A stretch of DNA of 64,000 nt, from the NCBI GenBank assembly GCA_041686215.1, contig JAWLEH010000003.1, positions 22,046 to 86,045 on the forward strand, read 5' to 3'. A model generated the notes under the pieces. The model did not search any database and had not been told where the DNA came from. It was given only the letters and a program-made list of their open reading frames with translations. This stretch comes from Balneolaceae bacterium (GTDB lineage: Bacteria; Bacteroidota; Rhodothermia; Balneolales; Balneolaceae). A program made the translations under genes and the position numbers. Of the stretch, positions 42,344-50,048 are shown in pieces (the first letter of the stretch is position 1; every line of letters begins with the position of its first letter).

Positions 42344-42982
42344 TTAAATATCGAGATCAATTTTTGCTGTTTCATACGTTTCCATACACAAAGGAACCGA
42401 CAGTGCTGCGAGATAGCAAGCTGCGCCGACGAGCGCCAAAGCGATGCCAATGGTACTATCATAGTGTAGCAAATCCCAGGACGTGAGCAGGTTGCCCCAG
42501 TCATGAGCGGAATCCCCCAGCCCTCCGATTAACGGTAGCTGTCGTCCACCTGCATCTGATGCATAAAATCCCACGCTCAGCCACGCTGATCCCACGAGAT
42601 AAAACCCAAGCTGAGAGCCCTTTATAAACTTATTCAAAAGCAAATATCCCAGGATGATAACAGGCAAAAGAACTTCATAAAATGACCCGCCAAGTATAGT
42701 GAGAGTTCGGTTGCCAAAAAATCCCATGAAGGTATGACCGGCCTCGTGTACAATCAGCAGAAAGTTTCGAACCAGGAGATTCTCAATATTGATTGGAAAG
42801 GGAAAATCGTAATTGTAGCTGAAGAAAATGTTGTAGCGAAGCGTCCAGTACGCCTGGTGGAGTTTGTATATCACAAACGGCAATAGCAAAACAGAGAGCC
42901 ACCATCGCCTGAGCAAAGCGAGGTAATCTAAGTTCTTTACCCATTTAAAAAGGGCAGAGGGTGAGTTTGCCGGATGATACAA
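42344..42982 (-). CDS. hypothetical polytopic membrane protein with HExxH motif
   Basis: 212 aa with about 5 TM segments and HEAGH within LLIVHEAGHTFMGFFG. It may be a membrane zinc metallopeptidase; the family is unassigned. Confidence 0.4.
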   Translation of the reverse strand: MYHPANSPSALFKWVKNLDYLALLRRWWLSVLLLPFVIYKLHQAYWTLRYNIFFSYNYDFPFPINIENLLVRNFLLIVHEAGHTFMGFFGNRTLTILGGSFYEVLLPVIILGYLLLNKFIKGSQLGFYLVGSAWLSVGFYASDAGGRQLPLIGGLGDSAHDWGNLLTSWDLLHYDSTIGIALALVGAACYLAALSVPLCMETYETAKIDLDI

Positions 42983-43087
42983 GATCTAAGTAGTTGAGTT
43001 TTCTGATTCAATCATCAGTTATTCAACTCATCGGGTGAAGGGGGGGACGACTTAAATGCTGGGTAAAAATGATTTTAGCGGGAAAGA

Positions 43088-43453
43088 TTACTCAACCGGC
43101 TCCAAATCCTCCAGCTGCTCTTCGGTAAACATTTTTGATTTTATTAAGAACCGTACCCCCATCGGGATTTCAATCGAGAAGCTGGAGCCGCGGCCTTCTT
43201 TTACGTCGAGGGTAAGCTGCATATACTGCCAGTACTTGAACTGGTCTTTTGCCATATAAAACGGCGCGCCATAAACCTCTCCAAGCTTTACGTCGCTCTT
43301 GCCCACCCGGAACTGCCCCGCTTTGTAGCACATCGGGGACGAGCCGTCGCAGCATCCGCCGCTCTGGTGAAACATCAGCTCACCATGCTTTTCACGCAGC
43401 TGGTCCATAATCTCCTTTGCTTCATCGGTGATAAGTACTCTTTTTACTGGCAT
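43088..43453 (-). CDS. DUF779 domain-containing protein
   Basis: 121 aa. The block MFHQSGGCCDGSSPMCY and the C-terminal ...SFSIE match my recollection of DUF779, a family habitually linked to aldehyde dehydrogenase genes. Confidence 0.7.
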   Translation of the reverse strand: MPVKRVLITDEAKEIMDQLREKHGELMFHQSGGCCDGSSPMCYKAGQFRVGKSDVKLGEVYGAPFYMAKDQFKYWQYMQLTLDVKEGRGSSFSIEIPMGVRFLIKSKMFTEEQLEDLEPVE

Positions 43454-43646
43454 GATGGTGTGATTTTATGATAAAAAGTTAAAACCGGGGCTGCCCAAAA
43501 AAACGCCCATACTGAATCCGGTTCAGAAACTTCTACTGCTTTTAAAGGCAGGTGGACTCCGAGCCGGATGTGGCATAACGAAAAGGTCATATTCAGTTTT
43601 CAGAGAACCTTTTTGTCAGCCCCGGTCAGGATTACGTGACTGAAAA

Positions 43647-44675
43647 TCAGGCAATATTAAGGACCATTCGTCCCTCTATTTTATTTGCCCTCATATCGTC
43701 CAGTGCGCTATTCACGTCGTCCAAATCCAGCGCGGTAACGTTGGATTTAACTTTGCCCTCAGCAGCAAAATCGATCGATTCCTGCAGGTCTTTACGGGTA
43801 CCCACAATGGATCCGCGGATGGTAATGCGGTTCAGTACTGCATTGAAAATATCCAGGTCAAAACTGCCGGGCGGCAGTCCGTTCATGGCCAGGGTTCCTT
43901 TCCGGCGAAGCGTGCTGAGTGCCTGGCTGAAAGCCTGGGGGGCCACCGCCGTTACGAGGGCTCCGTGCATTCCCCCGGTTTCTTTCTTCAAATATTCACC
44001 CGGGTCCTCTTCCATTGCGTTAACTGTTAAGTCAGCGCCGAGGTTTTTTGCCAGCTCAAGTTTATCGTCCGCTATATCGATTGCAGCAACGTGCATTCCC
44101 ATCGCTTTGGCATATTGAACGGCAAGGTGGCCGAGGCCGCCAATACCTGAAATTGCAACCCATTCACCGGGCTTGGTCTCCGTCTCTTTCAAGCCTTTGT
44201 AAACGGTGACGCCCGCGCAAAGGATTGGCGCCATCTCCGTGAAGTTGGCGCTGGACGGCAGGTGGCCCACGTACTGGGGGTCAGCGATCACGTACTCCGC
44301 ATAACCGCCATCTACGCTGTAACCGGCATTTTCCTGCTGCTCACAAAGAGTTTCCCAGCCGGTTATACAGTGATCGCAAGTGCCGCAGGCTGAATAGAGC
44401 CACGGAACACCAACAGCATCCCCCTCTTTCACGTTTTTCACATTTTTTCCGGCTGCGGCCACATATCCCACACCCTCGTGGCCGGGAATCAGGGGAAGTT
44501 TGGGTTTCACGGGCCAGTCGCCGTCGATTGCGTGCAGGTCGGTATGACATACACCGCTTGATTTTACTTTTACAAGTATCTCATTCTCGCCGGGTTCTCT
44601 TACCGGCATCTCTTCCATTTTAAGTGGGTCGCCGAAGTTATGAGCCACGGCGGCTTTCATTGTTTTCGGTAACAT
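43647..44675 (-). CDS. zinc-dependent alcohol dehydrogenase (AdhP-like)
   Basis: 342 aa with GVCHTDLHAIDGDW and GHEGVGYV (catalytic Zn). The structural-Zn cysteines are CGTCDHCITGWETLC and the NAD fold is GIGGLGHLAVQYA. Confidence 0.9.
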   Translation of the reverse strand: MLPKTMKAAVAHNFGDPLKMEEMPVREPGENEILVKVKSSGVCHTDLHAIDGDWPVKPKLPLIPGHEGVGYVAAAGKNVKNVKEGDAVGVPWLYSACGTCDHCITGWETLCEQQENAGYSVDGGYAEYVIADPQYVGHLPSSANFTEMAPILCAGVTVYKGLKETETKPGEWVAISGIGGLGHLAVQYAKAMGMHVAAIDIADDKLELAKNLGADLTVNAMEEDPGEYLKKETGGMHGALVTAVAPQAFSQALSTLRRKGTLAMNGLPPGSFDLDIFNAVLNRITIRGSIVGTRKDLQESIDFAAEGKVKSNVTALDLDDVNSALDDMRANKIEGRMVLNIA

Positions 44676-44767
44676 GACAGTTTTGTTTTTGTGAACGATT
44701 AATAATGAGTGCCCGGTCCTGCAGAGCAGGCCGGGATTATCAGATCAGACGTTTGATTTGCGGACTC

Positions 44768-46282
44768 TTAGAAAAAGCCCATCGCTTTCTTGTCGTAGGA
44801 GATCAGCATGTTTTTGGTCTGCTGATAGTGGCTGAGCATCATCTTATGATTCTCACGGCCAAAGCCTGACTTCTTGTATCCGCCGAAGGCTGCATGAGCG
44901 GGATAGGTGTGATAGCAGTTCACCCACACGCGGCCCGCTTTGATGGCACGCGGCACCTGGTAGAGTTCATGGGCATCACGGGTCCATACGCCGGCGCCGA
45001 GGCCGTAGAGCGTGTCATTGGCGATGGAAATGGCATCATCCACATCTTTGAAGGTGGTTAGCGATGTTACCGGCCCGAAAATCTCCTCCTGGAAAACGCG
45101 CATAGAGTTGTCGCCGCCAAATATGGTAGGCTGGATGTAGTAGCCGCTGGAGGTGCCGTTGCTGCCCACTTCAGCCTTGCCGCCGCCAACCAGTACTTTG
45201 GCACCTTCTTCCCGGCCTACCTCAAAATAATTGAGGATCTTCTCATACTGATCGTTTGATGCCTGGGCGCCTACCATGGTTTCATCATCCAGGGGGTGCC
45301 CCATTTTGATCGCTTTCACGCGTTCGATCACCCGCTCTGTGAATTCATCGGCGATCGACTCCTGTACAAGAATTCTGGATGGGCACGTGCAAACCTCACC
45401 CTGGTTCAGAGCAAACAAGGCGGCGCCTTCCAGCACTTTGTCGAAGTATTCGTCGTCTGCGTCCATCACGCTTTCGAAAAAGACATTGGGACTTTTGCCA
45501 CCCAGTTCCAGCGTTACGGGAATGATGTTTTCGGATGCATATTGCATAATCAGACGGCCGGTGGTGGTTTCGCCGGTGAAGGCAATCTTTGCGATCCGTT
45601 CGTTGGTGGCCAGCGGCTGACCGGCTTCCGGACCAAAACCGTTTACAACATTCAGGACCCCGTCTGGAATCACATCACCAACCAGCTCCAGCATCACCAT
45701 AATGCTTGCGGGTGTCTGCTCGGCCGGTTTCACAACCGTACAGTTACCTGCAGCCAGTGCGGGGGCAATTTTCCATGCAGCCATCAGCATTGGAAAGTTC
45801 CAGGGGATAATCTGGCCCACAACACCGAGCGGCTCCGGCAGGTTGATGGATACCGTATGTGCATCGTGTTCAGAAATACCACCTTCCTGTGTGCGAATAG
45901 CGGCAGCAAAATACCGGTAGTGATCTACCACCAGCGGGAGGTCGGCATTCATGGTTTCACGGATCGGCTTTCCGTTGTCGATCGTTTCAACACGTGCCAG
46001 GTACTCCAGGTTTTCTTCAATAATATCAGCCATTTTATTCAGAACCGAGGCCCGTTCAGCAGCTGATGATCTGTTCCATTCTTTTGCGGCTTCATGAGCG
46101 GCATCGAGGGCCATCTCAATATCTTTTTCGTTAGACCGCGCACATTTTGTAAAAGGCTTGCCGTCTACCGGTGAAATATCATCGAAATATTCGCCATCAA
46201 CCGGGGCTACAAACTTGCCACCGATATAGTTGTCATACTTTTCTTTAAAATCCGGACGTTCATGTAACATATTGATCTCCAT
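44768..46282 (-). CDS. NAD-dependent aldehyde dehydrogenase
   Basis: 504 aa with [21 protein letters not shown] (catalytic Glu), [11 protein letters not shown] (catalytic Cys) and EEIFGPV. Confidence 0.92.
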   Translation of the reverse strand: MEINMLHERPDFKEKYDNYIGGKFVAPVDGEYFDDISPVDGKPFTKCARSNEKDIEMALDAAHEAAKEWNRSSAAERASVLNKMADIIEENLEYLARVETIDNGKPIRETMNADLPLVVDHYRYFAAAIRTQEGGISEHDAHTVSINLPEPLGVVGQIIPWNFPMLMAAWKIAPALAAGNCTVVKPAEQTPASIMVMLELVGDVIPDGVLNVVNGFGPEAGQPLATNERIAKIAFTGETTTGRLIMQYASENIIPVTLELGGKSPNVFFESVMDADDEYFDKVLEGAALFALNQGEVCTCPSRILVQESIADEFTERVIERVKAIKMGHPLDDETMVGAQASNDQYEKILNYFEVGREEGAKVLVGGGKAEVGSNGTSSGYYIQPTIFGGDNSMRVFQEEIFGPVTSLTTFKDVDDAISIANDTLYGLGAGVWTRDAHELYQVPRAIKAGRVWVNCYHTYPAHAAFGGYKKSGFGRENHKMMLSHYQQTKNMLISYDKKAMGFF

Positions 46283-46433
46283 TAGTTAACTGAGTAATGA
46301 TAGCCTCAGTATGACTAAAAAAGCGCTTTCATTCTTGGCGGTATCTATCAAAAAGTATCGCGATCGTCTCAATTTGGTTTATACCGGTTGTTTATCTATA
46401 ATTCTTTAACTCACTTGGAAAGCGCTTTTCCGA

Positions 46434-47369
46434 ATGAAAAATTATTCTGCTATGATTAACCAGTCTTTAGTTCGCGAATATAAAAATCCGCCTCAACAGC
46501 TTGTGGAGAACCGGACCAGCTATGCGGGAAGAGATGCGGTTTTTTCGGTTTACGATACCTACCAGGAAGCGCAAATGGTGGAGCTGAAATCAGACAGCCC
46601 GATGTATTGCGGAATGATATCAGGAAAGAAGGTTATCCACTCAGGAGAAGAAACACCCTTCGAGTTTGTGCCAAAGGAATCTCTTGTTCTGCCCCCGGAT
46701 ACCACCATTTATATAGATTTTCCGGATGCCCGGATGAATGAACCCACCAAATGCATTACGGTAGAGTTGCCGCTGTCGAGGATTGATGAGATCGTAGCCC
46801 GGATGAACGACCAGCTGCCGCGGACTAAAACATCGGGTGAATGGGAATACGACGCTTCCGCTTCTGTACATTTTTCCAATACCGAATCTGTCGACCTGTT
46901 GATTCGAAAGCTTTTTCACATTTTCACTGAGGAACACGACCAAAAAGATCTGCTTGTGGAGATGAATACCTCGGAACTGATTGTTCATATGCTGCAGACA
47001 GAGTCGCGAAACCTTCTGCTGAAAAATTACCGGAAGCACGTAACCAGGAGCGGACTCGCGGCGGCGGTTGAATATATAAGCAAGAATCTCGACCGGTCGA
47101 TCTCAATAAAAAAGCTGGCCGATATTGCCTGTATGAGTAAAGCTTCCTTTTATCGCTACTTTAACAATGAGTTTGGGATGAGCCCGGTAGAGTATATCAA
47201 CCAGGAGAGAGTGAAAAAAGCGTGCAGACTGCTTCGCAATGAAAACCTGAACGTTACAGAGGTTAGTTTCAAACTTGGGTATTCCAGTTTGAGCCATTTT
47301 ATCAAACTGTTTAAAGAGCATACCGGTACCACGCCGAAGCAGTACCAGTTAAAAAAAGTGAGTGCCTGA
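46434..47369 (+). CDS. AraC family transcriptional regulator
   Basis: 311 aa. The C-terminal dual HTH reads ISIKKLADIACMSKASFYRYFNNEFGMSPVEYINQERVKKACRLL...VTEVSFKLGYSSLSHFIKLFKEHTGTTPKQY. It is divergent from the aldehyde DH operon. Confidence 0.85.
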   Translation: MKNYSAMINQSLVREYKNPPQQLVENRTSYAGRDAVFSVYDTYQEAQMVELKSDSPMYCGMISGKKVIHSGEETPFEFVPKESLVLPPDTTIYIDFPDARMNEPTKCITVELPLSRIDEIVARMNDQLPRTKTSGEWEYDASASVHFSNTESVDLLIRKLFHIFTEEHDQKDLLVEMNTSELIVHMLQTESRNLLLKNYRKHVTRSGLAAAVEYISKNLDRSISIKKLADIACMSKASFYRYFNNEFGMSPVEYINQERVKKACRLLRNENLNVTEVSFKLGYSSLSHFIKLFKEHTGTTPKQYQLKKVSA

Positions 47370-47955
47370 TTTTATCATTTGCCTTTCCATATTTAGCGAC
47401 ATCAGTTTGAGCATCCATTTCTTCAAAACAGGACAACATTTCCTCTCGTATCGAAGATTCGCTGTATCATTTTGAGACATTCCGGATCTATCCAGGCCGT
47501 TAAAAATCTATAACCGACTGGTACAGGAGTCATCATAAACTGGCTTCTAATGTTTTTAATCTGTTGTTATTCAATAGGTTACAGTTGTTGCAAATCATTT
47601 AAGATCCTTTCTATAAAAAAACGCTAATTATGAACAAAGTTGAGATGTTCATTTATTCAATGGCGTAAGGAGTTGAGAGTTTCACTTTTTGTTTATAAGA
47701 AATGAATAATTAACTCTTATACACTTTCACTTAGTGAATAATGTACGCGGAGTACAAAAGCGTAAAGCAACGCTGCGGAACCTCATCAGAAATGATGGGG
47801 GGTGACCACCACAACGATGCCTTGCCTGACGGATAAATATTCAAATTGTCCAGGCAAATCTAACGCGCTTTTCAGGCTCCCCTAATAATAATTGCGACTA
47901 AACTATAATACGGTCGCTGCTACACAAGAAACTGAAATTATAGGAGTGAGCAAGG

Positions 47956-47985
47956 CCCGGCACAGATTGAGTGCCGGGTACTTTT
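47956..47985 (+). terminator. terminator-like hairpin 40 nt upstream of the first curlin gene (possible attenuator)
   Basis: cccggcac-agattga-gtgccggg forms a perfect 8-bp GC-rich stem, followed by tactttt. It lies inside a 655-bp ORF-free leader. Confidence 0.45.
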
Positions 47986-48024
47986 AAAGACGAAATTGAG
48001 AGAAATCTCTGAATAAAAAGCGCA

Positions 48025-48768
48025 ATGAAATTAACACTGTCAATATTTGTACTGAGTCTTAGCATCGCCTTCGGGGCGATTGCTCAGGGCAATGAGGCCA
48101 TGATCGAGCAGCTGGGCAGCAGCCACGGTGCGATTATTGGGCAGGTGGGCTTGCAGAACAGCGCAACGTCCTTTCAAGGGGGAGAAAATAACAGCTTTAC
48201 ACTACATCAGGTTGGTTCTCATGAGACAACAATTGAGCAGGCCGGCGCAGATAACACCGCTACAGTACAGCAGTGGGCAGGTGTTCAAAACAGCGAGCCG
48301 GGTGTATCTGCTGCATTTCTGGAACAGACAGGAACAGGAAATGAAATTTCAATAAGCCAGTATGGTGAGCATGTCACAGATATTGAGCAGTCAGGCAGTC
48401 AAAACTCTATTGATTTGACACAAGCGCAAAGTAATTCTACAGTTTCCTCTCTCGGAGAGGAATATGGCAGCGGCGCTTTTGCACTGTTGATGCAGCATGG
48501 TTTCAGCAACGACATCGTGCTGGCGCAAAACGGATCCCACTACGCTGAGATTACTCAGAACGGGAGCCAAAACACAGCGAACGTGATGCAGGACGGACTT
48601 GATCTGAGCCATCTGGCCAGGATTGAGCAGGACGGATCGGGTAACGACGCCACAATTGAGCAGTATGGCAGTCAGAGTTCAGCCGTCATCCGGCAGCACG
48701 GAAACGGGCATTCAGCCCACATACAACAGGCTGGCTATGGAAATCAAACCACAGTCATCCAAAACTAA
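48025..48768 (+). CDS. secreted curlin-repeat protein (CsgA/CsgB family), paralog 1
   Basis: 247 aa with the signal peptide MKLTLSIFVLSLSIAFGAIA/QG. About 18 units of x-x-Q-x-G-x-x-N-x-A/S-x follow, ending ARIEQDGSGNDATIEQYGSQSSAVIRQHGNGHSAHIQQAGYGNQTTVIQN. The mature protein has no Cys and is Q/N/G/S-rich. Confidence 0.8.
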   Translation: MKLTLSIFVLSLSIAFGAIAQGNEAMIEQLGSSHGAIIGQVGLQNSATSFQGGENNSFTLHQVGSHETTIEQAGADNTATVQQWAGVQNSEPGVSAAFLEQTGTGNEISISQYGEHVTDIEQSGSQNSIDLTQAQSNSTVSSLGEEYGSGAFALLMQHGFSNDIVLAQNGSHYAEITQNGSQNTANVMQDGLDLSHLARIEQDGSGNDATIEQYGSQSSAVIRQHGNGHSAHIQQAGYGNQTTVIQN

Positions 48769-48842
48769 CACAGAACAATTCTGAGAGAGGAGTTGACGCT
48801 CAGATGTCTAATAAATCAATGCAAATAAATCAAAACAGACCT

Positions 48843-48919
48843 ATGAAAACACTACTTACACTTACTACAGCACTCCTTTTTACGACAGGAGCAGCATTTG
48901 CACAAAGCAATGATGCAAC
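48843..48919 (+). repeat. 77-nt exact direct repeat, copy 1 (signal-peptide region of curlin paralog 2)
   Basis: atgaaaacactacttacacttactacagcactcctttttacgacaggagcagcatttgcacaaagcaatgatgcaac is identical to 49972-50048. Confidence 0.95.
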
Positions 48920-49682
48920 GGTGGACCAGGTTGGAAATCAAAATGAAGTTACCATTACACAGGTGTATCAGGCCGGCGGCTCCGGTGATGACAACGAGGC
49001 ATTTGCTACACAGACAGGTGACAATAACGCTGCAACAGGACTGAACCAACGCGGGGCCGGAAACTGGTATGAAATCGTGCAAACTGGCGACAATAACCTT
49101 GTAGACCGCTACCCGAACCAGGGTTCCACCCAGGGCGGCAGCTATGATGGCTATATCTCTATTACGCAGCTCAATGATGATAATAAGGTGTGGGATGCAG
49201 ACCAGGCGGGCTCCGAAAACAGCTTAACGGTTACACAGAGAGGCGGAGACATTGTTAATGTTGAAGCCCAGATAAGTCCGGAAGGCGGAGTCGGGAATAC
49301 GATCGTCATTGATCAGTTCGGCGGTGGAAATGCAGTTGGTGAATTTAGTTCCAACGGCTCCGGTGCGTACCAGGAAGGCGAAGAAAACTCCATGGACATT
49401 ACACAGGAAGGCGGGGCGAAAGCCGGCATAGCCTCAGTATATGTAAGCGGTGCTACCGAAAAGTTCTTCCGAAGCACTGTTGAGGGCGGCCAGGGACTTA
49501 TTCAGCTTGGGGATGATAACATGTTGAATATTGATCAGGATGGCGCAAGCACCGTCGGTTTCGTGATTCAGAAAGGAGACATGAACGAAGCGAGCGTATA
49601 CCAGACTGGTGATTATCATACAGCCACTGTCAGCCAGGCAGGAAACAGCAACGAGGCTGCAATTACCCAGAGCGAAATCTGA
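48843..49682 (+). CDS. secreted curlin-repeat protein, paralog 2
   Basis: The signal peptide is MKTLLTLTTALLFTTGAAFA/QSNDAT. Repeats include VDQVGNQNEVTITQ, ATQTGDNNAATGLNQRGAGNWYEIVQTGDNN, VTQRGGD, IDQFGGGNAV, IDQDGAS and VSQAGNSNEAAITQ. The start was moved from 48804 to 48843 because the first 77 nt from 48843 are identical to the start of paralog 3. Confidence 0.8.
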   Translation: MKTLLTLTTALLFTTGAAFAQSNDATVDQVGNQNEVTITQVYQAGGSGDDNEAFATQTGDNNAATGLNQRGAGNWYEIVQTGDNNLVDRYPNQGSTQGGSYDGYISITQLNDDNKVWDADQAGSENSLTVTQRGGDIVNVEAQISPEGGVGNTIVIDQFGGGNAVGEFSSNGSGAYQEGEENSMDITQEGGAKAGIASVYVSGATEKFFRSTVEGGQGLIQLGDDNMLNIDQDGASTVGFVIQKGDMNEASVYQTGDYHTATVSQAGNSNEAAITQSEI

Positions 49683-49971
49683 TAATCCATTTCATCTGGT
49701 CCCCGGTGGGTTCCCTTGAAGTTACCCGGCGAGCACAGATGACAGGAGATTTCAGGGAGACACAAACGGAGAGAATCAATAGGAGCGTGAGTTGACCTCT
49801 GTACAATAAATATGCTTACCAAAAGAAAACTGCTTTAGAGCATAGATGACAATTACAGCGACCATTACCCAGAACTAATTTTGTTCTGAGTGTACATTTG
49901 CAACCCCGTGAGGCTTGACCGCCTTGCGGGGGATTCGCTGATTTTAAACAACTATTAAAATTAATAAGGAA

Positions 49972-50048
49972 ATGAAAACACTACTTACACTTACTACAGC
50001 ACTCCTTTTTACGACAGGAGCAGCATTTGCACAAAGCAATGATGCAAC
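49972..50048 (+). repeat. 77-nt exact direct repeat, copy 2 (signal-peptide region of curlin paralog 3)
   Basis: Base-for-base identical to 48843-48919. The sequences diverge immediately afterwards (g gtg gac versus t ctt agc). Confidence 0.95.

Noticed and set aside
43454-43646. Long-range complementarity ccggggctg (about 43484) with cagccccgg (about 43618) in the ADH-DUF779 intergenic gap, as a possible regulatory RNA.
   Set aside because: There are only 9 bp of pairing across about 130 nt, with no supporting nested helices that I could find. This is consistent with chance or a weak intercistronic structure, so it was not reported as a feature.
45296-46066. 256-aa plus-strand ORF, and similar long ORFs at 45276-45620, 10964-11572, 19298-19876, 43636-44118 and 51150-51752.
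   Set aside because: Each lies entirely inside, and antisense to, a gene with unmistakable family signatures (aldehyde DH, trigger factor, chorismate synthase, alcohol DH, curlin paralog 4). Their translations are low-complexity and motif-free, so they are typical shadow ORFs.
46434-47369. AraC-family regulator as the missing CsgD-like master regulator of the curli locus.
   Set aside because: It is divergently paired across 151 bp with the aldehyde DH operon, the classic arrangement for a local regulator of that operon. It has no LuxR/FixJ-type features of CsgD. A role in curli control is not excluded but is unsupported by the sequence.
47745-47990. Possible c-di-GMP (GEMM-I/II) or other known riboswitch in the curlin leader.
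   Set aside because: I compared it by eye with the conserved GEMM-I blocks as I remember them (GCAAA ... GNRA hairpin ... ACGCAAAGC). The order and sequence of elements do not match. It is kept only as an unclassified structured leader pending an Infernal scan.
48804-48842. 13-codon N-terminal extension (MSNKSMQINQNRP) of curlin paralog 2 as given on the ORF track.
   Set aside because: The Met at 48843 starts a canonical signal peptide. It also starts the 77-nt segment identical to the start of paralog 3, and the extension would bury the signal peptide.
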